From Dehalococcoidia bacterium (lineage in GTDB: Bacteria > Chloroflexota > Dehalococcoidia > Lucifugimonadales > UBA3495), in the NCBI GenBank assembly GCA_965262595.1, contig OZ253548.1, positions 1,634,228 to 1,698,227 on the forward strand: a stretch of DNA of 64,000 bases, read 5' to 3'. Under the pieces are notes generated by a model that made no database searches, was not told the DNA's origin, and was given only the letters and a program-made list of their open reading frames with translations. The position numbers were made by a program, and so were the translations under genes. Position 1 is the first letter of the stretch, and the number at the start of each line of letters is the position of its first letter. This document shows, piece by piece, positions 28,659 to 37,400 of the stretch.

Positions 28659-29033
28659 TTACATCAGGTGGGGCCGTTGGTTACGGTCTCGTTGGGCCAT
28701 TTTCAGAATCCCCAGCAACAGCCAGGCCGGCAGCGAGGCCAAGGTGGTGAAACCGATCACTCCCACCGGGCCCAGGAGTCCGCCGAACGTCGCGGTGAAA
28801 ATTGAGGCGATTCCCAACCCCAGAGCGCATAGGTAGGCCAAGATGCGAGAGCGACGATGCAGCAGGCGGACCGCGAAAGTCAGCGGAATAGCAGCGGGCC
28901 AGGCTAATGCGAAGAGCCAGAGGAACTGCATCCAGTCGGGGTTGTTCAGAACATTCTCAAAGCCGAATCTGGCAATGGTGACGGCAATTACCAGTATCGG
29001 CAGCCAAATTGAAAAGATAACAGTCCGTATCAT
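28659..29033 (-). CDS. Hypothetical membrane protein (about 4 TM)
   Basis: ATG with AGGAGG upstream. Strongly hydrophobic throughout. Confidence 0.55.
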   Translation of the reverse strand: MIRTVIFSIWLPILVIAVTIARFGFENVLNNPDWMQFLWLFALAWPAAIPLTFAVRLLHRRSRILAYLCALGLGIASIFTATFGGLLGPVGVIGFTTLASLPAWLLLGILKMAQRDRNQRPHLM

Positions 29034-29172
29034 GGTCTGCGCCTCCTGGGTGATCTAGCCGGAACCGGCCTGGGACGGAGTAATGCGGGTTGCCATCACA
29101 AGAGCGGGGCTGAGAGAGCATTCAAGCCGGGTATAACCGGGGATAGGGATTTGGTAGGGATTTGGAACAGCG

Positions 29173-29325
29173 TTAGCTGCCGCCCAGGATTGACCCCAAG
29201 GATCGCTGCAGCTCCACAAAACCCTCGGATTGGTTCCCGACTGCAATCAAAGAGGCCAGGGAGAGCATAAGCGCCGACACCGCCAGGCAGCCCAGCAGTC
29301 CCAGGGCCAAACGGCCACCGTTCAT
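29173..29325 (-). CDS. Possible 50-aa signal/TM peptide (below the ORF-track cutoff)
   Basis: Hand translation gives MNGGRLALGLLGCLAVSALMLSLASLIAVGNQSEGFVELQRSLGSILGGS. ATG 29325 has AAAGGGGG upstream. Confidence 0.3.
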   Translation of the reverse strand: MNGGRLALGLLGCLAVSALMLSLASLIAVGNQSEGFVELQRSLGSILGGS

Positions 29326-29795
29326 TTCAGGCCCCCTTTACGGTCTGGGTTATTGTTCCGGTTGCTTATCGTTCCGGTCTCCGGCGCCGGCTGATTGGCC
29401 CGGCACCGGCGCCGTCCGTTGACCTTAGGGTTTGAACTTAAGCCGACCAAGGTTGAACGTCCCCAATGTAACATAGCTCGCGGAAATTTCAACCGGCGGT
29501 GCGGCAGGGGCTTTCGATGATCGAGGAAAGCCCGCCTATGTTGATTTGGTCCTTCGACAGGCTCACGATGAGTGGCGGTATGTTCCGGCCCTTCGGCGAT
29601 TAGCTGAAATACGCTAATGGCGAGCCTGTCCAACCACCGGCTCGGGATGCGCGAGGATACGGCTGAAACAGGACTCTCGAATGACGCCGTTTGGACGATG
29701 CCTGAACTTGACCCGTTCAGCTACGAATCCTATAATGGCTAACGGCGTGCCAATAATAGGCATGGATGGCTCGCATTCCTTCCTGAGCCAACATT

Positions 29796-30884
29796 TTGAA
29801 AAGGTATATCGGCGTGACGCAGACTCCAGCCCAATCCATCACAGAATTAACCCAGGCCGCCCTGGAAGAGTTGGCCGGAATTGAAAGTCCGCAAGCCCTG
29901 GAGCAGTGGCGAGTTACCTATTTGGGACGACGCGGCGGTTTGACCGGCATCCTGCGGGGGCTGTCCCAGTTGGACCTGGAGCAGCGGCGGGAAGTGGGGT
30001 CGCTGGGCAACCAGGCCAAGGCTACCCTGGAAGCAAGTCTGGAACAGCGAACCCAGGAAATCAGCGAGGCCCGGCTGGCCCGGGCCGCCGACCGGGAACG
30101 GATCGACGTTACCTTGCCCGGTCGTCCCTTGGCTGCCGGACGCCTGCACCCGACTACCCAGGTGGTGCGAGAGATTACCGACGCCTTCGTCGCAATGGGA
30201 TTCAGCATTGTTGAAGGCCCGGAAGTTGAATGGGATTACTACAACTTCGAAAAATTGAACATTCCCCCCGGGCATCCCGCTCGGGATATGTGGAATACGC
30301 TGTGGGTGGACTACGTCAACGAAGAAGGTCAACAACCGATGCTCCTGCGAACCCATACCTCGCCGATGCAGGCGCGGGTGATGGAGAGCGTTGAGCCGCC
30401 GGTGCGCGTGGTGGTTCCGGGCAAGTGCTACCGCTACGAGGCCACCGACGCCACCCACGAATGGCACTTTTACCAGGTTGAAGGGTTGGCGGTGGACGAG
30501 GGCATAACTTTCGCCGACCTCAAAGGCACGCTGTACGAATTTGCCCGCCGCCTCTTCGGGGTTGAGCGCAAGGTGCGGTTCCGCTGCGATTACTTCCCTT
30601 TCGTGGAACCGGGCGTGGATATGTCCATTGACTGCTTTGCCTGCCAGGGAGCCGAAAAAGGAAACGGGAGCGGCTGCCGCATTTGCCGGGACAGCGGCTG
30701 GATTGAAATTATGGGCGCCGGTATGGTGCATCCCCGTGTATTGGCCGGCGTGGGCTATGATCCGGAAAAATATACCGGCTTTGCCTTTGGCCTGGGGCCG
30801 GAACGCATCGCCATGCTGAAGTACGGCATTGACGACATCCGACATTTCTACTCTAACGACCTGAGGTTTTTGCGGCAGTTTTAG
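29796..30884 (+). CDS. pheS: Phenylalanine--tRNA ligase alpha subunit
   Basis: Class II motifs: [39 protein letters not shown]. The track start is TTG 29796; GTG 29814 is an alternative. Confidence 0.9.
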   Translation: MKRYIGVTQTPAQSITELTQAALEELAGIESPQALEQWRVTYLGRRGGLTGILRGLSQLDLEQRREVGSLGNQAKATLEASLEQRTQEISEARLARAADRERIDVTLPGRPLAAGRLHPTTQVVREITDAFVAMGFSIVEGPEVEWDYYNFEKLNIPPGHPARDMWNTLWVDYVNEEGQQPMLLRTHTSPMQARVMESVEPPVRVVVPGKCYRYEATDATHEWHFYQVEGLAVDEGITFADLKGTLYEFARRLFGVERKVRFRCDYFPFVEPGVDMSIDCFACQGAEKGNGSGCRICRDSGWIEIMGAGMVHPRVLAGVGYDPEKYTGFAFGLGPERIAMLKYGIDDIRHFYSNDLRFLRQF

Positions 30885-31027
30885 TCCTATATTTTATTGA
30901 AGTTTCGCCCTTGGTTTTAGCCGGCCCGAAGGCCTCCAACTTCCGGTTCCGGGATTGAATTAGCCGCCCTCCGACACTTACCAGAACCAGACCCGACATC
31001 CACCAAAAGAGTAAGGCTTATCCATTT

Positions 31028-33484
31028 ATGCAAGTACCTTTGAGCTGGTTGCGAGAATATGTGAACCTGGAGCTGACTCCCACGGAGCTGGCCCACCGGC
31101 TGACTATGGCCGGCGTCGAGGTGGGCGAGGTCATCGAGTCGGGCGGCTGGAAGGAGTGCTGCGTCGGAGAAGTCCTGGAGGTTAGTCCTCACCCCAACGC
31201 CGACAGCCTTCGCCTGTGCCGGGTCAGCACCGGAACCGGCTCCTCGGCAGGCAGTGAAAGCGGTGCGGCAAACCGGGAAATGGAAGTGGTTTGCGGCGCG
31301 CCCAACGTGGCCGCCGGTCAAAAAATATGCTTCGCCAGGGTAGGCGCAAATCTGTATAACACCCACAGCGGCAGGCACGAAGCCCTGAAGGCGGCCCGCA
31401 TCCGGGGAGTGGTTTCCGAGGGAATGATTTGTTCCGAGCTTGAGCTGGGCCTGGGCGCCGCCCACGAAGGCATTGTTGTGCTGCCCGACGACGCTCCTAC
31501 TGGAATGCCCCTGGACGAATACCTGGGCGATACCATACTAGACCTGGAAGTTACTCCCAATCGGCTGGACTGTTTCTCGATCCTCGGTGTGGCCCACGAG
31601 GTGGCGGCGCTGACCGGTGAGACGGTGCGGGAACCGGAGATAGATTATCCGGAGGAAGGCCCCCCGATAACCGAACAGGCGACAATCTCCGTGGCCGACC
31701 CGGATTTATGTCACCGCTATACCGCCAGCCTGATTCAAGGGCTGAAAATCGGCCCTTCGCCCCCATGGCTCCAAGACCGGCTGACCAAGGCAGGACTCAG
31801 GCCCATCAGCAACGTGGTGGACGTGACCAACTACGTGATGCTGGAGTTTAATCAGCCGCTTCACGCCTTTGACCTGGACAAAGTCAGCGACCATACCGTA
31901 ATTGTGCGCCGCGCCCAACCCGGGGAAACCCTGGAAACCCTGGACGGGGTGGAACGACAGCTTAACTCCGGAGTTCTGGTGATTGCCGACTCCCACAGTC
32001 CCATCGGTATCGGCGGGATTATCGGCGGGGCCAACAGCGACATCGGCCCGGAAACTACCAATGTCCTTCTGGAATCGGCAACATTTAACAACGTCAACAA
32101 CCGCCGAACGGCGGAGGCTTTTCGGCTGCGCACCGATGCTACCCAGCGCTTCGAAAAGGGGCTGCGCCCCGAGTTAGCTCCCATCGCCCTGCGCCGGGCT
32201 ACCCAATTGATCCGGCAAGTGGCCGGGGGTGTCGTCGCCCAGGGCATCATCGACATTTACCCGGATGCCGACAAGCCCAAGCCGCCGTTGACCCTTACTC
32301 TTAAGCGGCTAAAGCGGATTCTGGGTATGGACCTGCCCATCGAGCAAGTGGAGGAAGTCTTCCGTTCCCTGGGTTTCGAATCGAAGCGTACCAGCCCATC
32401 GGACACCTCCGACCTGGAAGTGAGCGTTCCCTACTGGCGAAACGACGTTAATATTGAGGAAGACTTAATTGAGGAAGTGGTCCGGATTATCGGCTACGAT
32501 AACGTGCCTACCACGATGCTTGCCACCCCGATACCCCACCGGCAACCGGCGCCGATGACTGAACTGCGGGAGCGGGTCAAGGCGGCCCTTGCTGCCGCCG
32601 GGCTGCAGGAGACAATCAGTTATCCCCTGGTTAACCTGGATGACCTGAACCGGGTAAACTACCCGGCCACCGACAGCGCGCCCTTAAAAATAGCCAACCC
32701 GATGAGCGCAAGTCAGGAATACCTGCGGCCTACCCTGCGGGCCAGTATATTAGCCACTCTTTCCTACAACGAAGGCCATAATGAGGGACCCTTCCGGTTG
32801 TTTGAACAGGGACGCATCTTCCTGGCCCGTCCCCACCAACTCCCTGAAGAAAAAGAGGTGGCCGTCGGAGTGATTTCCGGGCTGCGCTCCGAACCCTCCT
32901 GGCTGGTGGATAATCAGCCTTTGGATTTCTTTGACGCCAAGGGAATGCTGACCTCGGCGCTGGAGTCTCTGGGAATCGCCGCCACCTGGGAACCTGACGA
33001 GCCGGCAGAAGACCCAGCCTTCCATCCCGGCAAAGTCGCCCGAATTATGCGGGGCAAGTCCCGGATTGGCGTCCTGGGCGAGTTGCACCCCACGATCAGC
33101 CGGCGGTTCGACCTGAAACACCTTCCGGCAACCCTCTTTGAGCTTTACCTTGATGAACTGGTGGATTTGCCCGCCCGGTCCGAGCGAAACTTCCACTCCT
33201 TAACCCGCTTCCCGGCGGCCAACCGCGACCTGGCCCTGGTGGTGGCCGAGAATGTGCCCGCCGGCAGGGTTCAGGCCATTTTAACCCGTCATCGCCTGGT
33301 AGAGCGGGTCGAGTTGTTTGACCTTTATGCCGGGGAGAATATACCTTCGGGAACCAAATCGTTGGCTTTCCACGTATATTTTCAATCCCCGGATCGAACC
33401 TTGACCGCCGAGGAAGTTAACCGCACCCTCCAAGGGCTGCTGCAGACCCTGGAACGAGAATTGGGGGCAACGCTGCGCAGCTAG
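31028..33484 (+). CDS. pheT: Phenylalanine--tRNA ligase beta subunit
   Basis: MQVPLSWLREYV start, tRNA-binding/B3-4/B5/FDX-ACB order, immediately downstream of pheS. Confidence 0.95.
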   Translation: MQVPLSWLREYVNLELTPTELAHRLTMAGVEVGEVIESGGWKECCVGEVLEVSPHPNADSLRLCRVSTGTGSSAGSESGAANREMEVVCGAPNVAAGQKICFARVGANLYNTHSGRHEALKAARIRGVVSEGMICSELELGLGAAHEGIVVLPDDAPTGMPLDEYLGDTILDLEVTPNRLDCFSILGVAHEVAALTGETVREPEIDYPEEGPPITEQATISVADPDLCHRYTASLIQGLKIGPSPPWLQDRLTKAGLRPISNVVDVTNYVMLEFNQPLHAFDLDKVSDHTVIVRRAQPGETLETLDGVERQLNSGVLVIADSHSPIGIGGIIGGANSDIGPETTNVLLESATFNNVNNRRTAEAFRLRTDATQRFEKGLRPELAPIALRRATQLIRQVAGGVVAQGIIDIYPDADKPKPPLTLTLKRLKRILGMDLPIEQVEEVFRSLGFESKRTSPSDTSDLEVSVPYWRNDVNIEEDLIEEVVRIIGYDNVPTTMLATPIPHRQPAPMTELRERVKAALAAAGLQETISYPLVNLDDLNRVNYPATDSAPLKIANPMSASQEYLRPTLRASILATLSYNEGHNEGPFRLFEQGRIFLARPHQLPEEKEVAVGVISGLRSEPSWLVDNQPLDFFDAKGMLTSALESLGIAATWEPDEPAEDPAFHPGKVARIMRGKSRIGVLGELHPTISRRFDLKHLPATLFELYLDELVDLPARSERNFHSLTRFPAANRDLALVVAENVPAGRVQAILTRHRLVERVELFDLYAGENIPSGTKSLAFHVYFQSPDRTLTAEEVNRTLQGLLQTLERELGATLRS

Positions 33485-33741
33485 CCAGTCGGTCAGTCGA
33501 TCTATAGGTCTATAGGTCAAGGGATCAAGGTTTTCCGGTTTTTCCCTTTGATGCCAGGCAGGTAATTCCGCTTATAGTTCCATAATTCCATAATTCCAAA
33601 GGTAGAGCTATTTCGATGAGGTAGAGCTATCGCGAACCGGACAAGCACGGCGGCAAGGCCAATCCGGCAGGGCGGCAGCGCTCCATCAGACCACAATCAA
33701 TCTCCGGCGAATCCTCGGCACCGCCGGCATAAGGACGAATC

Positions 33742-35166
33742 ATGCAGACACCGAATCAGGGGCATGAAACCAACCCCGGCCAGACACCGGAACACGGGCA
33801 CGGCCACCGGCATGACCACGAAGAGGGACACGGACATAGGCATGGGCCCGGCCAGGACATGGGGCAAGACCAGGACCACGGGCACCGGCACGTTGAAGAG
33901 GATATGCTTTCCGTGGAGGAGGCCTATCGGCAGATTATGGCTTGCTTCGGCCCGCTGGAATCGGAGGAGAAAGCGATTCTCGATTGCCTGGGGCAGACTT
34001 TAACTGAAGAAATCCGGTCGCCCTTGTCCCTGCCTCCCTTGGCAAACTCGGGAATGGACGGCTATGCAGTCCGCCGCGCCGACATTGGCGGGGCCTCGGA
34101 GAGCAATCCGCTCCGGTTGCAGGTAATCGGCCTGGTCGCCGCCGGACAAGTATCGGAGCAGACGGTTGAGCCGAACACCGCCATCCGGATAATGACCGGC
34201 GCGCCGGTGCCGGCGGGGGCCGATACGGTAGTTCCCTTTGAGGAAACCGATGAGGTGGAACGCCGGACCTCCGGTCGTTCCCTGTCGGAGATTGACATCC
34301 GTGCCGACTTGCCACTAGGATGCAACGTGCGCCCGGCCGGGGAGGATGTGCGGCAAGGGCAATTGGTACTGGAAGCGGGCACGGTAATACGCCCGGCGGA
34401 AATCGGGGTTATGGCTTCCCTGGGATTGGAACGGGTATGGGTCATTCGACGCCCCCAAGTTGCCGTGCTTTCCACCGGCGATGAGCTGGAGTCACTGGGT
34501 CGGCAACTGGCCGGGGGCAAAATCTACGACAGCAACAGCTTCAGTGTAGCCGCCTCGGTAATTGCCGCCGGGGGCATTCCCAACGTGCTGGGCATTGCCC
34601 GGGACAACCTGGAGGATATGAATCGCAAACTGGAGCAGGTAGCCGGCTCCGACCTGCTGGTAACCTCAGCGGGGGTTTCCAAGGGCGACTACGACATCGT
34701 AAAGGACGTGCTGACCGAGCGGGGCGACATCAATTTCTGGTCCGTGCGGATGCGACCGGCCAAGCCCCTGGCCTTCGGTCTGTTGCGCGGCGACGGCGGT
34801 CAACCCATTCCCTTGATGGGACTGCCGGGAAACCCGGTCAGCGCGATGGTAGCCTTCGAAATGTTCGCGCGCCCGGCCATTCGAACGATGTTGGGACGCG
34901 AGAAGCTGGCCCGCCCCACGGTAGAGGGCAAACTGACCGGGGCGATTCGCAATACCGACGGGCGGCGGGTATTTGCCCGAGTGGAAGTGGAACGGCGCGA
35001 CGGAGGCTATTATGCCACGCCCACCGGACCCCAGGGGTCCAACCTGCTGACATCCATGTCCCGGGCCAATGGCTTGGCAATCTGCCCGGAGGATTTGCCG
35101 GTCAAAGAGGCCGGAGCAACGGTAACTATCATTATGCTTGATTGGAACGAAGAGGTAGATTTATGA
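33742..35166 (+). CDS. moeA: Molybdopterin molybdotransferase MoeA with a His-rich N-terminal extension
   Basis: The MoeA core starts at MLSVEEAYRQIM (ATG 33904), with SPLSLPPLANSGMDGYAV, TGAPVPAGADTVVP, TGDEL and GLPGNPVSAMV. Upstream, 54 in-frame codees are rich in His/Gly/Asp. ATG 33742 has AAGGA upstream. Confidence 0.85.
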   Translation: MQTPNQGHETNPGQTPEHGHGHRHDHEEGHGHRHGPGQDMGQDQDHGHRHVEEDMLSVEEAYRQIMACFGPLESEEKAILDCLGQTLTEEIRSPLSLPPLANSGMDGYAVRRADIGGASESNPLRLQVIGLVAAGQVSEQTVEPNTAIRIMTGAPVPAGADTVVPFEETDEVERRTSGRSLSEIDIRADLPLGCNVRPAGEDVRQGQLVLEAGTVIRPAEIGVMASLGLERVWVIRRPQVAVLSTGDELESLGRQLAGGKIYDSNSFSVAASVIAAGGIPNVLGIARDNLEDMNRKLEQVAGSDLLVTSAGVSKGDYDIVKDVLTERGDINFWSVRMRPAKPLAFGLLRGDGGQPIPLMGLPGNPVSAMVAFEMFARPAIRTMLGREKLARPTVEGKLTGAIRNTDGRRVFARVEVERRDGGYYATPTGPQGSNLLTSMSRANGLAICPEDLPVKEAGATVTIIMLDWNEEVDL

Positions 35167-35645
35167 CCACAACCCCAGGCCCGGAGGCTTCCCAAGTTCA
35201 GGGGGAATCGCCGGTTGGTAACCCACCCATCGCTGTAGCTACCCAGTCCTCCCAGGAACCGGAGGAATCACCCCTTTACTACATCAGCCTTGAGCGGATC
35301 GACGAAATGCGGAGGTCGGCGGTAACTTTGCTGGCGGACCGGCGCGGACCGGGGTGTCCTTCCCTGCTGCAGCCGAACCATGAACTGGACAACCCGCAGG
35401 AATTGTTGAATGAAATCGCCGAGTATTCCGCCGGTGAGGAAGGCTTCATTAACTCAAACATGCCGCTTCAGGAAATAGTTTTTCGGATGCTGCTAACCCG
35501 CCGCAATCAGCCGACGAGCCTGGAGGAACTGCACCACGAGTTGACGGAACGGTGGTCAACCCCGGTGCGGCCCATCAACATCACCCTGAAAAGCCTGGAG
35601 CGCATTCTAAACAGCGACAACTACTACGGCTTCGCCCCGAAATAG
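35163..35645 (+). CDS. Hypothetical protein coupled to moeA
   Basis: ATG 35163 overlaps the moeA stop (TTATGA). No recognised motif. Confidence 0.5.
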   Translation: MTTTPGPEASQVQGESPVGNPPIAVATQSSQEPEESPLYYISLERIDEMRRSAVTLLADRRGPGCPSLLQPNHELDNPQELLNEIAEYSAGEEGFINSNMPLQEIVFRMLLTRRNQPTSLEELHHELTERWSTPVRPINITLKSLERILNSDNYYGFAPK

Positions 35646-35666
35646 CTGTTCCAGCCCGGACATAGT

Positions 35667-35715
35667 AAAGGTGCGGCAGGACAATAAGCCTGCCGCACCT
35701 TTTGCTTTGCTTTTT
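35667..35715 (+). terminator. Rho-independent terminator between convergent genes
   Basis: 14-bp perfect stem aaaggtgcggcagg / cctgccgcaccttt, 8-nt loop, followed by tgctttgcttttt. Confidence 0.65.
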
Positions 35716-35867
35716 CGAGGTAGCCGATGTCGGTTTGAACCCGGTTTACCCGCTCACAATACCGGCGCCGCAACTTATCCGACGGAGTGGGGATGGACCA
35801 GATTCAGAACCACTGCCGGTCAACCGGCCGACCAATCGGGTCTTATACCGGTCGTCCGAACTGCGAC

Positions 35868-36233
35868 TTACGCGGCGGCTACAAGTTCCTGGTTGGCAAT
35901 TCCGATCAGCTTCCCGAACCCTTCCGGATCGTTTACCGCCAGGTCGGCCAGGATTTTGCGGTCCACTTCAATACCGGCCAATTTCAAGCCATGCATGAAT
36001 TGGCTGTAGGTAGTACCGGACTGACGGCAAGCTGCGCCAATACGAACAATCCATAACCGCCGGAAGTCGCCCTTGCGCTCCCGCCGGTGACGGTAGGAAT
36101 AGCTCCAAGCGTGGAGCAGGGCCTCCTTGGCCCATTTGTAGTTACGGCTGGAGGAACCTTGAAATCCCTTGGCCGCGGAAAGTACTTTCTTATGCCGATG
36201 GCGTTTGGTAACGCCGCGTTTCACTCTGGACAA
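35868..36233 (-). CDS. rplT: 50S ribosomal protein L20
   Basis: (M)SRVKRGVTKRHRHKKVL...RRERKGDFRRLWIVRI. TTG start with GGAG 8 nt upstream. Confidence 0.95.
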   Translation of the reverse strand: MSRVKRGVTKRHRHKKVLSAAKGFQGSSSRNYKWAKEALLHAWSYSYRHRRERKGDFRRLWIVRIGAACRQSGTTYSQFMHGLKLAGIEVDRKILADLAVNDPEGFGKLIGIANQELVAAA

Positions 36234-36277
36234 GACAATTCTCCGGAGATTGAATTACAGGATTAATCTTTAGAGGC

Positions 36278-36475
36278 TTAACCGTAGGGAATCAGCTTGG
36301 AAATCCGCTTTACGTCCTTGGGGTCCACGGTCAATTTACCGGCGAACTTGCGGGTAACCTTCTTGGGTTTCTTACGCCGCAAGTGGCTGCTCATCCGTTT
36401 GCGGCGCATCAGCTTTCCGGAGCCGGTAATATGAAAACGGGCCTTGGCCCCTTTATGCGTCTTAAGTTTTGGCAT
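36278..36475 (-). CDS. rpmI: 50S ribosomal protein L35
   Basis: MPKLKTHKGAKARFHITGSGKLMRRK. Confidence 0.95.
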   Translation of the reverse strand: MPKLKTHKGAKARFHITGSGKLMRRKRMSSHLRRKKPKKVTRKFAGKLTVDPKDVKRISKLIPYG

Positions 36476-37025
36476 CGGCTAGGTCTTCCACCTTCTTTTC
36501 GGTCTTTTCACCCTTGGCCAAGCTGGGAATCAGAATCATCGACAAAGCCCGTCCTTCCATTGACGGAGGCTTCTCCAGACGAACGTCTTCCTTCATATCG
36601 TCGGCCATTCGTTTCAGCAGGGACAGCCCAAGCTGCTGGTGTACCGCTTCCCGACCCCGAAACCGGACGGTGAGTTTGACCTTGGCGCCTTCCTCAATAA
36701 ACTCTTTGACTTTACGGAGTTTGGCTTCCAGGTCGTGCTGGCCGATATTGGGGCGGAACCGGACTTCACGCAGCTCAGTATTCTTCTGAGCCTTTTTTGA
36801 TTCCCGTTCCTTCTTGGAGTAAAGGTAGCGCAGTTTTCCATAATCCAGCAGTCGACATACCGGCGGTTCAGCGTTGGGAGCTACCTCCACCAAGTCAACA
36901 CTATTCTGGCGCGCCATTTGCAGGGCATTCTCGAGCGTCATTAGCCCAAGCTGCTCTCCGTTTTCTCCGATGATGCGAAGTTGGGGCGACCGTATCTGCT
37001 CATTTACCTTATACTGTCTAGCTAT
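36462..37025 (-). CDS. infC: Translation initiation factor IF-3, probable AUA start
   Basis: The track ORF begins at internal Met 36941. The frame stays open upstream and reads (M)ARQYKVNEQIRSPQLRIIGENGEQLGL, a canonical IF-3 N-terminus. ATA at 37025-37023 has GGAGG 9 nt upstream. Confidence 0.9.
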   Translation of the reverse strand: MARQYKVNEQIRSPQLRIIGENGEQLGLMTLENALQMARQNSVDLVEVAPNAEPPVCRLLDYGKLRYLYSKKERESKKAQKNTELREVRFRPNIGQHDLEAKLRKVKEFIEEGAKVKLTVRFRGREAVHQQLGLSLLKRMADDMKEDVRLEKPPSMEGRALSMILIPSLAKGEKTEKKVEDLADAKT

Positions 37026-37126
37026 ACTTACTTGCCTCCGAGTAGATTTGCTTATAAAAGCTTACATAGGAAGGGCAAAACCAATCTATCATAAGGCCGC
37101 CGGTACGTCAATCTATTATTATGCGG

Positions 37127-37352
37127 GGTTCCGTTTACTTTTAGGGTTTGACCCCTATAAGGGGGGTTGGAGTTGAAGGGCGGGTCCAGGTAAATGAGCT
37201 TGATAGAGGAATCTGGGATATTCTCTCGCATAACGTCCAGGCAATCCCCGAAGTAAAGCTGGTTGGCTGATTCGGCGGTAAGCATTAGTAGTCCCCTGTG
37301 CGTGCGTATGCGGGTATGGTACTATAGCCAAACCCTAAAAGTAAACGGAACC
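37127..37352. repeat. Perfect 24-bp inverted repeat pair bracketing the methyltransferase fragment
   Basis: ggttccgtttacttttagggtttg (37127-37150) and its exact reverse complement caaaccctaaaagtaaacggaacc (37329-37352). Confidence 0.85.
37166..37285 (-). pseudogene. 5' fragment (about 40 codons) of an N4/N6 DNA methyltransferase
   Basis: MLTAESANQLYFGDCLDVMRENIPDSSIKLIYLDPPFNSN is a typical MTase N-terminus through motif IV (DPPF/Y). Similarity then stops at the inverted repeat. No motif I or TRD follows. Confidence 0.6.
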
Positions 37353-37400
37353 TTTAGGCCCGTTTTCTTGACCGTAGTTCAACAACCGGGCCCGGCCGGG

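Noticed and set aside
29847-30845. Long antisense ORFs opposite well-supported genes. Examples: 29847..30845 (-) opposite pheS, 40708..41832 (+) opposite the NHL gene, 21783..22538 (-), 23368..24075 (-), 25494..26189 (-), 7231..7926 (-), 8527..9078 (-), 17493..18056 (-).
   Set aside because: High-GC DNA yields long stop-free antisense frames. Their translations are Arg/Pro/Gly-rich with no motifs, and each overlaps a gene with clear family signatures.
33485-33741. A Moco riboswitch upstream of moeA, and a T-box upstream of pheS (29434-29795).
   Set aside because: I could not find the conserved T-box 14-mer (AGGGUGGNACCGCG). I also could not confidently match the Moco motif by eye. Only small local duplications and hairpins are present. 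An Infernal/Rfam scan is needed before any claim.
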